Of a stretch of DNA of 62,575 nucleotides, positions 1 through 9,500 are shown piece by piece. The notes under the pieces were generated by a model. It saw only the letters and a program-made list of their open reading frames with translations. It searched no databases and was not told the DNA's origin. The number at the start of each line of letters is the position of its first letter. Position 1 is the stretch's first letter. The translations under genes were made by a program, and so were the position numbers. Origin of the DNA: Pseudomonadota bacterium (GTDB lineage Bacteria > Desulfobacterota > UBA8473). The stretch lies in NCBI GenBank assembly GCA_043818015.1, contig JBDRGH010000003.1, positions 1-62,575 of the forward strand, read 5' to 3'.

Positions 1-399
1 TTCCAAAAAATCTATTCGTCTTCTTTTGCAAGCAGGGCATCTAAAATCATATTCCTTGCCTTGTATTATGCAATAGTATTCTCCGCTATTATAGAAAGAT
101 TCTACTTGTCTGTACTGGTCGTGATTGAAGAATTCAAAGAGGTTTTCCTCTCTCTTTCCACAAAAAATACAGGGAATGTAGCCGGTGATAGGGGTAATAT
201 ATCTTACTACGAAATCTGTTAATTCCCTCGGAGAAATGGAAAGCTCTTTTCTTAAAAAGAAGAAAAAGCCAGACTCATCATTCCAGTATAGCTTCTGTAA
301 GAAATTGTCCTTTCTTATTTTTTCAATTATTTCCTCCTTGTTTGTCGCATTCTTCAATAAACTATAAAGATCAATCAACTTTCTTTTTTCATCTTCCAT
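1..399 (-). CDS. hypothetical Zn-ribbon protein (3' end runs off the left edge)
   Basis: ATG at 399-397 with AAGGAGG 8 nt upstream. My hand translation of the minus strand gives 133 codons with no stop down to base 1 (MEDEKRKLIDLYSLL...CIFCGK...CPACKRRR). It is absent from the ORF track because no stop lies in the window. Confidence 0.5.
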   Translation of the reverse strand, partial: MEDEKRKLIDLYSLLKNATNKEEIIEKIRKDNFLQKLYWNDESGFFFFLRKELSISPRELTDFVVRYITPITGYIPCIFCGKREENLFEFFNHDQYRQVESFYNSGEYYCIIQGKEYDFRCPACKRRRIDFLE

Positions 400-402
400 T
401 CT

Positions 403-600
403 TTATACCTCCTTCTTTTCCGCTATATTGGCAATGGCCCTCAGCCAGTTCGCCAGCCCTCTGGTTCCGATCAGGGACCGGTATTCCTTCTCCACCTCAT
501 CATTGCAGTCCTTGCAGAACACAAAGCCGGTGGCAAGGTCCTTGACCAGTTTGGTCCATTCACCCTGATTGCACATCATGCATTTCTGTGCTGTTGACAC
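403..600 (-). CDS. small CxxC/CxxC zinc-ribbon protein
   Basis: 65-aa ORF with CMMC...CKDC cysteine pairs. The track start is GTG; in-frame ATGs at codons 8-9 are alternative starts. Co-directional and tightly packed with its neighbours. Confidence 0.45.
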   Translation of the reverse strand: MSTAQKCMMCNQGEWTKLVKDLATGFVFCKDCNDEVEKEYRSLIGTRGLANWLRAIANIAEKKEV

Positions 601-823
601 GTTTCTTCCCCCTCTTTGTGATTCTTTCTATGTAGTGGTTATCTTTGGTGGGATCGGAGAAATAGGTTTGCATTGCTGTTAAGGAGACGCCTGCTTCTTC
701 CGCGAGCTGTTTCATGAACAGCCACTTGGAGTGCTTTCTGCTGTAGGCATACTTATACAGCTCGAACATCTGCCCCTGATAGTTGAAGTTGCCCTTCCAA
801 AGGTCTTTTTTGTATTCTACCAT
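560..823 (-). CDS. putative helix-turn-helix DNA-binding protein
   Basis: 87-aa ORF; ATG at 823 with GGAGG a few nt upstream. The segment MKQLAEEAGVSLTAMQTYF looks like an HTH. Confidence 0.45.
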   Translation of the reverse strand: MVEYKKDLWKGNFNYQGQMFELYKYAYSRKHSKWLFMKQLAEEAGVSLTAMQTYFSDPTKDNHYIERITKRGKKRVNSTEMHDVQSG

Positions 824-1041
824 TCTGCCTCCAAATAAAAAGCCTGCTTAAACCGACTCCCTGGCCTCTCTGGATTTATTATTATCTTCGCCGCCCCCAC
901 GGTACTTGATAATATCCAAGGAGCCTGCTCAAACAGGCTTTGTTTACCAGAGAGGATCTAAGTTTATTTGTTATGGGGGATTTTATTTTCTTATACCTTA
1001 TATTTTCTCGAAAGCAAACTAGATTTTTAAAATTAAATTTT

Positions 1042-1146
1042 GGCTGGCAGGGAGAAAGGAGATGACTGATTTTTCCACGGTGCATGCAGCCCTCATTCTC
1101 CCAGGCAAGCAAGAGAAGGGAAGAACCAGCCAAAGCCCTGCCAGCC
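1042..1146. repeat. perfect 11-bp inverted repeat closing an 83-nt interior
   Basis: GGCTGGCAGGG at 1042-1052 and its exact reverse complement CCCTGCCAGCC at 1136-1146. It lies in the 444-nt gap between the WecA-like gene and the HTH gene. Confidence 0.6.
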
Positions 1147-1267
1147 TAGGCAACTTGTATCCAAGGTCTGTTACTTTTTCATTTGAGCCTCCTCATTGAA
1201 ATTCATTCTCTCTTATATTTATATTATAACTTATTTTTTAAGTTTTTTAAAATTATTTTTAAAAAGA

Positions 1268-2068
1268 TCAGATCCACAGAGCCAAAAGACCTCCCAGCAG
1301 TCCAACTGTCCACAGCGTCCCCATTGCTGCAAGTTGTGAGTGCGTTATTTTTACCAGCTCATGGCTCAGATGATCAAGACCTCCTTTGGCCGGAGATTTC
1401 TTTTTCAGCAGTCTCCTGACCGTCACGAACGTGGTGTCTGCCAATGGCACCACCAATATCAATAAGGCCAGAAGACCGACTCTGGCATCCATGCTCATGC
1501 AAGCGACGTTGAGTCCAATGAACAAGGCTCCGCAGTCACCCATGAACACCTTGGCAGGCGGAAAGTTGAACACGAGAAAGCCGCAACAGATGCCCAGCAG
1601 AACCATAGTCTGTAGAGGATTGCCTGTCAGCAGTCCTATGAATACAAGAGCTATGATGGAGACTCCCGTGGACAGACCGTCCATGTTGTCGATCAGATTG
1701 AAGGCATTCGTCAGACCCACGATCCAGAAAACGCTCAAGACAAGAGTGAGAACGGGATGGACAAACCAATGTAGCTGCCATCCAAAAAATACCAGAAATA
1801 GAGCCGCCGCTGTTTCCGTCAACAGCTTGACTCTGGGACTCAAAGGTTTCACGTCATCAACCAGTCCCATAAACCAGATGATGAGAGAAGCCACAAACAA
1901 AGGAGATATTAAAGAATAAAAGGCAAACACAGGAAGGAATGTAATTCCTCCAGCCGTTGGGATCTTCTCCGCGTTCCACCTGTCGTCTGAAGGATAGCGA
2001 ATGGGCAACTTTGGCAAAAAAAACCTCAGCAAGAGAGCAGTAACAGCACAGGCAACCAGAGAAGTCAT
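1268..2068 (-). CDS. GT4-family polyprenyl-phosphate sugar-1-phosphate transferase (WecA/MraY-like)
   Basis: 266-aa multi-TM ORF with the family motifs GLVDDVKPLSPRVK, NAFNLIDNMDGLS and FMGDCGALFIG. It is shorter than typical family members. It starts 4 nt after the epimerase stop. Confidence 0.8.
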   Translation of the reverse strand: MTSLVACAVTALLLRFFLPKLPIRYPSDDRWNAEKIPTAGGITFLPVFAFYSLISPLFVASLIIWFMGLVDDVKPLSPRVKLLTETAAALFLVFFGWQLHWFVHPVLTLVLSVFWIVGLTNAFNLIDNMDGLSTGVSIIALVFIGLLTGNPLQTMVLLGICCGFLVFNFPPAKVFMGDCGALFIGLNVACMSMDARVGLLALLILVVPLADTTFVTVRRLLKKKSPAKGGLDHLSHELVKITHSQLAAMGTLWTVGLLGGLLALWI

Positions 2069-2071
2069 GAT

Positions 2072-3028
2072 TTACTCCTCCTTTATCGTTCTTAAGACAA
2101 TATCTTCTACTGTTTCCTTCGGACTCCATCCCAGCAAGGATTCAAGCAGACTAACATCTGCGCTTCTCTTCAAAGCATCCTCAAACAGCTCCGTCCCGTA
2201 TGCCTCTTCGTAAGGGATGAAAGTTATGGGAGACTTACTCTTTGTTGCCAGCTTAACAATCTCTGCTAATCCCAAGATGGAGACTTCTTCCTTGCCTGCT
2301 ATATTTATCACCCTGCCATTCGCCTTTTGGCAATCCATCAGCTCATACAGGATTTTGACAAATGTCTTGACATATGTAAAGGAACGAGTCTGCTCTCCAT
2401 TCCCGAAGACAGTAATAGACTCATTGGCAAATGCCTGCTTTATGAATCTTGGCAGCACCATTCCGTAAAATCCTGTCTGTCTTGGTCCAACAATGTTGAA
2501 TGGCCTAACTATCACCAAAGGCACTCTGAAGTGCTCGTGGTAGGAGAGAGCGAAAAACTCATCCACAGACTTGCTCAATCCATATCCCCAGCGGAGACTC
2601 TTGACAGGAGATCCTATAGTGCCAGGATCAGTTTCCTTCAGATCGCTCCCACCATATCCATAGACCTCTGAAGAGGATATAATGAGGGCTTTTTTCCCAT
2701 GTTGTCTGGTACTTTCTAATACGTTCTCTGTTCCTTCTATATTGGTCTTCAATGTTTTCAATGGATGCTTGAGATACTCCATTACTCCGACTACGGCAGC
2801 AAGATGGTATGTCTCGTCGTTGTTTCTGACGAGAGTATCCAGGAGACTCTTGTCAAGAACAGAGCCTTCCCACACAGACAGACTTCTATTTTTTTTGATC
2901 TGCTTTAAATTATTCCGAGATCCAGTTGAAAAGTCATCTAATATCGTCACCAGACGGCCTTGGCTCAACAGAAAGTCCGTCAGGTGCGAGCCGATGAAGC
3001 CTGCGCCACCCGTTATCAACGTCTTCAT
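2072..3028 (-). CDS. NAD-dependent sugar epimerase/dehydratase (extended SDR)
   Basis: Rossmann motif TGGAGFIGSH at the N-terminus, then SSSEVYG and YGLSK (YxxxK). Confidence 0.85.
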   Translation of the reverse strand: MKTLITGGAGFIGSHLTDFLLSQGRLVTILDDFSTGSRNNLKQIKKNRSLSVWEGSVLDKSLLDTLVRNNDETYHLAAVVGVMEYLKHPLKTLKTNIEGTENVLESTRQHGKKALIISSSEVYGYGGSDLKETDPGTIGSPVKSLRWGYGLSKSVDEFFALSYHEHFRVPLVIVRPFNIVGPRQTGFYGMVLPRFIKQAFANESITVFGNGEQTRSFTYVKTFVKILYELMDCQKANGRVINIAGKEEVSILGLAEIVKLATKSKSPITFIPYEEAYGTELFEDALKRSADVSLLESLLGWSPKETVEDIVLRTIKEE

Positions 3029-3239
3029 TCTTTTTCCCTTTCCAGAACCAAATCCTCCACGGTTCCTTTGAATTTTATTTTTGTCGGGGATAAGTGCAGG
3101 ATCACTTTCGGCACTATGCGGGCAGCGTCGTGCACAACTTCATACCCTATGCAATTCAGAACCCTTCTCCCGTTTATCATGATCAGGCATTCTTCACTCC
3201 CTATCCCATCTTTGATTTCTAGCATCATTTTTAATCCAC

Positions 3240-3878
3240 TTAAGATATTCTCTTGCCTATCTCTGAAGCTGCCTTCAACAATTTGCTCGGAACGATCCCT
3301 TCTGCCGTCTTTTTGTCTGTGGTTCTGGCCACGGTATATCCGGTATACGAAGCGGTAAAAGCACTCCATAGAGTGGCTCCCTGCCATAGGACCAACTCGA
3401 CTACCAGCCCCAAAAGCTCTGAACTCACTTCTGCGATCGTCAGGATAGCTATTAAAACTGGGGTCCCTATGGTGTACCCGATCGAAGTCTTTCCCAACAG
3501 TAGCATCATCTTCGGCCTTGCCTGCCTCACCAAAGGATCGTCTGAAAGCAGTGCAGCTTTAATGACGTCCCGACCACCTGCCTGGTCGTCATATTCAAGT
3601 TTCTTATCCTCGTAGGCTATTCTTGCCATCTCGACTTCTTTATTGTTTTTATCTTCCGCCATTTTAGCTTGAATATCCGGAGGCAGTGGCGTTTGTCCTA
3701 CCTGCTGCAAACCGCTGGTTATGCTCTGGAGTCCACTCTGAATCTTGCTTCCAGCCTCGCCACCTACAGCATCTGCAATTTCTCCTATGCCTTCCAGACC
3801 AAGAGTCAACACTTTTCCAAAAGGCAGCATCTCGACCACACCTTTTCCGATCGTTCCTAGTAACGCTTTCCAGTCCAT
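3240..3878 (-). CDS. holin-like membrane protein (resembles 3-TM GTA-type holins)
   Basis: 212-aa ORF immediately downstream of the endolysin. Hydrophobic segments IGYTIGTPVLIAILTIA and LLGLVVELVLW follow an RQARPKMM motif. Confidence 0.45.
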   Translation of the reverse strand: MDWKALLGTIGKGVVEMLPFGKVLTLGLEGIGEIADAVGGEAGSKIQSGLQSITSGLQQVGQTPLPPDIQAKMAEDKNNKEVEMARIAYEDKKLEYDDQAGGRDVIKAALLSDDPLVRQARPKMMLLLGKTSIGYTIGTPVLIAILTIAEVSSELLGLVVELVLWQGATLWSAFTASYTGYTVARTTDKKTAEGIVPSKLLKAASEIGKRIS

Positions 3879-3891
3879 AATTTACCTCCTC

Positions 3892-4323
3892 TCAAGGTTT
3901 TACTATGAGTAATCCCTTATAATTTCTTACATCAAAGTGAAGCCAGCCAACGCCATCCTCAATGCAAGTAATGTATTGAAAAATGGAGCCATCACTTCCG
4001 GTCTTACCTGCTTTAATATCCCGCCTGATCTCTTCGGCTGTAGTTTCTACAGAGACAAGATCAAGAGCCCTGCCAAATCTATGCTGGGAATAGTCTGCTC
4101 CTATTCGACAGTCAGGCGGCCTCCATCCTCTATACTGATGCTCTCCTTTCCAATACCAAGTATTAGCAATCATTTTTCCGTAACGCTGTCGTATTTTGTC
4201 TCCAGTATAGAGTGTTCGTGAGTCAAAAAGCTGCCAGATTACCCAGGGCCTATCCTTAAGAAGTCCATAGGCGACTTTAGGAATCAGTTCGTAAGACTGG
4301 AAAAACTTAGGTATATAATCCAT
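3892..4323 (-). CDS. peptidase M15 family endolysin
   Basis: Zn-ligand pattern SQHRFGRALD (H-x6-D) plus WLHFD, as in M15 D-Ala-D-Ala / L-Ala-D-Glu peptidases. 143 aa. Confidence 0.75.
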   Translation of the reverse strand: MDYIPKFFQSYELIPKVAYGLLKDRPWVIWQLFDSRTLYTGDKIRQRYGKMIANTWYWKGEHQYRGWRPPDCRIGADYSQHRFGRALDLVSVETTAEEIRRDIKAGKTGSDGSIFQYITCIEDGVGWLHFDVRNYKGLLIVKP

Positions 4324-4561
4324 ATTACTTCCTCCTAAATAATTTTTTGAGGATTTCTCTAGCTTCCCTTTCGATCATCTTCCTTCCTCTCTGATCTGTG
4401 GGCATTCTCTATCTTGTTGGCCACCTTGTGGAATATCTTAGCATCATCTCTGTTAAACATCTTCTTCAGTTCTTTGCTTGGAGTCAGAAGAAGGACTCTG
4501 CACACTTCAAACGACAGATTATTCCCTAACTTTATCATCTTTGTCCGCTTTTTAAATTTTT

Positions 4562-5434
4562 TTATGCTGTCACATAGGTAAGACTTAGATACAGCTCTGA
4601 AGTTGCCACTATATGGTCGGAGACATCGTTACTATATCCAGTCGTAATCATTTCAAGTATTGTGGCATATGTAGCTCCCCCAGAATTTACTATTCCCAAA
4701 GCTCCGCCTGAGCCAATGGCATTTATATTTGAAGGTATGATAGCCCCTGAAAAAACATTCAGACCTTCCGAAAGGGTTGCCGCTGCAAAAGGTAAATTCA
4801 CCCTAAGCGGCCCTACTGGAGCAGTGACAGAGCTGACAATTATTTGACCATGAACATGCACTACTCTTCCAATTTTTGTATAGCCCAATGAATCAAAAGC
4901 AGACCTTAGTGTGATGTTTCCACTTGTCCCACAGGTCAAAGCTGTTATATATGAACCTTCTTCATAATCGTCTAGAGTATTGGGATCAGCACTTGCCACC
5001 TGAGAAGCAGGAAAACCTATTTGTCCATTCGTTATGGTCGTTCCGCTGGGAGAAGTCACATAGGTAACAGCACTAGCTTCAGTAAAAGTAGGATTCTGCA
5101 TTTCAGTATCGATCTTGTCAATCACTTGCTCTCTAAGAAGGTCAGCTAGATCTGCATCTCCTTGATAAGGTCTTGCAAGATTTTTATTGACAGAAAAAGA
5201 CCTCTGGATCATGTACTTCTTGTACGTGATGGTGGTGCCCGCCCAGTTGCTGGCCAACGTGAGTTGGGTGTTGCTGTCGACGGAGCCTATGACTGCCGTC
5301 GGCTGGGCATCGATGTCCGGCTTGTAGACGTCAGCCGCCAGCACAGACGAGCTCCAAAGCGTGCCATATCCAGAAACGATGGCCGCTCCCGGAGTGACGC
5401 TGCTGTAGCCTACTCGGTATTGTTCTGAGGACAT
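4562..5434 (-). CDS. tail fibre-like protein
   Basis: 290-aa Gly/Ser/Thr/Ala-rich ORF downstream of the J-like gene. The N-terminal segment VTPGAAIVSGYGTLW...TQLTLASNWAGTT resembles fibre N-termini. Confidence 0.4.
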   Translation of the reverse strand: MSSEQYRVGYSSVTPGAAIVSGYGTLWSSSVLAADVYKPDIDAQPTAVIGSVDSNTQLTLASNWAGTTITYKKYMIQRSFSVNKNLARPYQGDADLADLLREQVIDKIDTEMQNPTFTEASAVTYVTSPSGTTITNGQIGFPASQVASADPNTLDDYEEGSYITALTCGTSGNITLRSAFDSLGYTKIGRVVHVHGQIIVSSVTAPVGPLRVNLPFAAATLSEGLNVFSGAIIPSNINAIGSGGALGIVNSGGATYATILEMITTGYSNDVSDHIVATSELYLSLTYVTA

Positions 5435-5610
5435 TTTGTTTTCATCTCCTTTTCTAGTTCGCTTATCTTCTTTGCCTTCTCTTCTATGTCTTTGTCCATG
5501 CTCCTAATCAGAGATCTGAGCTGGAGGATTATCATCTCTTTCTCTCCGAGCGTGTTCTGGAGATCCTCCAGATTGATCACCGCTTTTTGTGTTTCCATAT
5601 AATACTCCAT
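5410..5610 (-). CDS. small coiled-coil protein
   Basis: 66-aa charged, heptad-like ORF lying between two fibre-like genes. Confidence 0.3.
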   Translation of the reverse strand: MEYYMETQKAVINLEDLQNTLGEKEMIILQLRSLIRSMDKDIEEKAKKISELEKEMKTKCPQNNTE

Positions 5611-5681
5611 TAAAACCTAAATCTTAATTTAATTCCTTTTTCCCTATCAGAAATGATGAATTCCCAGCAGGTTCAATTTGT

Positions 5682-6515
5682 TCATTTCAGTTTAAGTTTC
5701 TTGCATAATATATAATTCGCCTTTGGAATTACTTTTTTTATAGGTTGTACCGGTATTCTGGATAACCATGCTTCATCCCAATCAGGAGGCAGGCCGACCG
5801 TCACTTCTTTTGTCGGCCATTGAGGGTTTGACATTTCATCAATTTCATAATCTTCTGCTATCACGTCAAGTAAATCTTTATCAGGCTTATTTTCTGACTG
5901 AATAGTCTTGACTCTCATTTCCTGCAATTCATCATTCGTGGGATTAATAACAATAATTTCATGTTTATCAGCTTCATAACTTAAAAATGGATGAGATCTT
6001 AATAATGGTTTGCCACCATTCCCAAAACAAGGATGATCGGGAGCTTGATACATAGAAATAATTTGTTTTGTTATTTTATCCCGTAAAATGAAAATCCAAA
6101 AAATTTCACCGGATGCTGTGACATATCGTTGTTGAACATATAGAGTTCGGGCAGCATCATGAGGATGAAGACAAATTGATGTAACATATGATGTGGTTGT
6201 CCCAGCTCCAACAATTAAATCAGCAATTTCTCCGGTTTGATAAATAGCATTAGCTTTTATTTGTCGATAAAATCCATATTCCCCACCAGGCAATGTTTGA
6301 ACTGACAAGCTATCACCAGCATGATTTACACTTCCCTGGCTCGTTTTTAATTTTGCCTGGGCAACGGCAGAGGCGGCCAGCATTCCTTCGGTTATGCCTA
6401 AAGCTGCAACTCCTTCTACTATATCATCTTCTTTTAATGCTCTAAAATTCTCCCTCATATCAGCAGCCACAAGGCTACCACCAGTTACGGGTTTAGTTGA
6501 ATCATATGCACACAT
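5682..6515 (-). CDS. tail tip/fibre-associated hypothetical protein
   Basis: 277-aa ORF directly after the J-like gene. The N-terminus (KPVTGGSLVAADMRENFRALKED) resembles fibre/baseplate protein N-termini. Confidence 0.4.
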   Translation of the reverse strand: MCAYDSTKPVTGGSLVAADMRENFRALKEDDIVEGVAALGITEGMLAASAVAQAKLKTSQGSVNHAGDSLSVQTLPGGEYGFYRQIKANAIYQTGEIADLIVGAGTTTSYVTSICLHPHDAARTLYVQQRYVTASGEIFWIFILRDKITKQIISMYQAPDHPCFGNGGKPLLRSHPFLSYEADKHEIIVINPTNDELQEMRVKTIQSENKPDKDLLDVIAEDYEIDEMSNPQWPTKEVTVGLPPDWDEAWLSRIPVQPIKKVIPKANYILCKKLKLK

Positions 6516-6544
6516 TTTATTTACCTCCTAAATATTTTAATATA

Positions 6545-9500
6545 TTACGCCCCTATCACTACGATATTGCACTGACCCCCAACATCATCACCAGCTAAAT
6601 TATATAATTCTACCGTTACACTGCTTGATGACTGCGCTGTTATTAAAGGTACAAGCGGAGTAGCCCCAACTGGTGTTACAGTTATTGCAGGAGTGGTATT
6701 GAAACCACTTAGTGATATACTTGTGCCTCCTATAGCAATGGTTTCATTTACCTCCATCCCAAATAAATTTACAATATTGCCTAAGTAAGTCAGCCCATAT
6801 AAAATTATTCTATCTGAGGTATCTGATGTATTGAGCGTTACTCTGATTTTGAAATATTGAAAAGTAAATAAATTACCAGTAGCTCTATAGGTGTCTCCAA
6901 TAGTATTTCTTATTGTTAGATTTTCCCAATTATCATCATCTAAATCAGGGTCATTTGTCCCCCAACTTATATCATCTATTGAATAAATAGCCTCAAAACT
7001 TGGCGTAGTCGATGCTGGCGTATCTTCTACAAGATTATACTGTAACGCTATTTGTAATGTTTTAAGAGCGCTTAAATCCATTGAAGCAGATGTCCAATTA
7101 CCCGAAGAGTCTGTTGGAGTGTCCCATATCCCCGTATCCCAAACAGCACCACCATCATCCCATTCTGTGGCTGTAGATATTCTGATAGAAACACCATAAT
7201 CTGAGTGAGTATCGGCATCTATATCTGTTTCTGAACCATTAGATAAGTCTATATCTGTTAAATCATGCTCATATTCATCTCCTGCTCCAAGGACTTTCTT
7301 GATATAGTCCATTGCCTGACTTAAATCACCATATAGCGTTGAAATAAATTTATCAGCGGTAATAGTGCCTGCTGCTATCTGTGCGGCGGTGATGGTGTTG
7401 GTATAGATATTCCCCCCATCAATCAGGGTTCTGTTACTTGCAGAAGACCATGACCAGGCGAGCCCATCCACCCGCTTGAGATAGACATTGTCCAAGGCGG
7501 TCCAGCCATCGGCAGTAAGGGCTCTGACAAAAACGGAAAGGAATTTTGTGCCAGCAGGGACAATTAAAGTGCCAGATCTTGCTGTCCAAACATTGTCCGT
7601 ACCAGTAAGTTCTGAGTGTGTTATCCAGACTAAATCCTTATCCCATCTGCCTAAAGCTATGCCATAAGTACAAGTTCCATCACTCTTTGCTGATCCACCG
7701 AACTCATAAACTTCACCTTCGTTAACCTCAAAATAACGATATGTATTATCAGGATTTATCTGGAAAACATTCTTATCGATACCAGCCCTCGTAACTTCCA
7801 GATATTTATTGCTGTCATCCCCTCCCGCTACCTCTGTTGAAATCCCGACTCCACTATCCCAATAATAAGCATTCGTGCCGTCCGTCTCCTCAAATCCGCC
7901 ATTCATGAGCATGTTCTGGAGGCCGGGATCGCCGATGATCCCTATATACATCATTTCTGCGGCAATGACAGCGGCAGTGACTGAGGAAACTGCAAGACAA
8001 TCTCCTGTGATTGTTCTTGCTGCAATCTGATTTGCCGTGATTGTGTTGGCCAATATCTTAGATGCTGTCACGCAGTTGGCCGTCAGTTTAGGAGTGCTAA
8101 TGGCATTGTTGCTGATGTGCGTTGTTGTGACTGCTGAAGACTGGACGGAGGTGCTGTTGACGGAACTCTCGTTGTTATAAAGATCCGCGGACTTGACGTC
8201 GAAATATATCGTGGCTGTGGGTCCGTGGGTTTCTATTTCTGTGCTACTCATGAAATAGGTGTATTTAGTGTTATAGATCACCTTCCATGCGCTTGAAGCG
8301 TCTCCCTCAACTCCCGTTCGTATAGAATAGTGATTCCAATCTGCCTCATTGGCAGAAGTCCAGGCAAATTCTCCTATCGTCAAAGATCCGACAGAGGACA
8401 GACCGATTGGAGCGGCAGGATTCTGGTTGTATATCGTTATCTGGGCGGGATTCTCACTGCGAAGGTTGTAGATGTTCCAGCGATAGACCTTGAAGGTGAT
8501 TGCTCCGTTGCTGGCTACGACATAATGGTCGAGGAAGTCGTCCTGCCCATCTCCATAAATATATGTGTACTTCAGATCCTTTGTATAGACTGTGTGCCTT
8601 AATGCTCCACCGACGAAGATCTGGACCTCATCATATTTCCAATATGAGTCTATAGAAGTGCCGCCAGCTCCAGTAGTTTCCTGTCCGGCTGCTTCACGTC
8701 CAGCCCCTCCTTCGCCGCTGCCACCTCTCCAAACAATGGTGACATTCAATCCGTCCCAAGTGTAATCATAATACTTGTTCTCTATTCTCAAGCCTTTTAC
8801 TATGCCCGGTCTCAACTGTACCCCATCGATCACTTCCGAATCAGTTGGAGCAGAATAAAACGGAGCGGCGACGTTGTTATCATTGACGGATTGAACTTTG
8901 ACCCATACGGTATTTCCTACCGTGAAGTTGGCTTTTACTCCATCAATGGAGTATCCCAACCCTCCGCTGTAATCATCTCCGTAAAAGTTCCATGCGCCAT
9001 TTCCCGAATCTGTATCAACCTTGACAGAGATTCTTGCATGGTCCCAAAAGACCATTTTGGTGGGCTTTGTATAAGTAAGGTTGACTGTAGGAACATATGT
9101 TCCATCTGTGTTCGTGTAGGCATCTTCAACTAAGGTGACGCCAGTCACATGATCCGGAGGTTCATAAGGATTAGGTGGCGTAGAATAATAACTGGGTTGT
9201 ACTTCCGCAGCTCTGTCGTCGTGAATTCCACTGTGATAAGCTTCCAATTGAAAAGTGCAGCGACCGTACTTGTCCTGCCCTTTCTCTATAATCCTGAACT
9301 TTTTACCAGACCATCCAGGATTGGGATGTGTGACTGTGACTATGTCGTATATTTCCAGCTTGGAAGACTCAGGAAATACCGTCAAGCTGCAAGTATAGTC
9401 TGTGTATTTGAACTTGTTGTACCAGAAGTGAACTCTCCTTCTGGCAATCTCCTCATCCGTAATGAAATAAGTAGATTCCTCATAAAGAACTTCTCCTTTA

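Noticed and set aside
882-1133. 83-aa minus-strand ORF in the 824-1267 gap
   Set aside because: No RBS and odd composition. It spans the inverted-repeat structure and is more likely non-coding.
3025-3387. 120-aa minus-strand ORF bridging the holin-like and epimerase genes
   Set aside because: It overlaps the 3' end of the holin-like gene in another frame and has unprotein-like composition.
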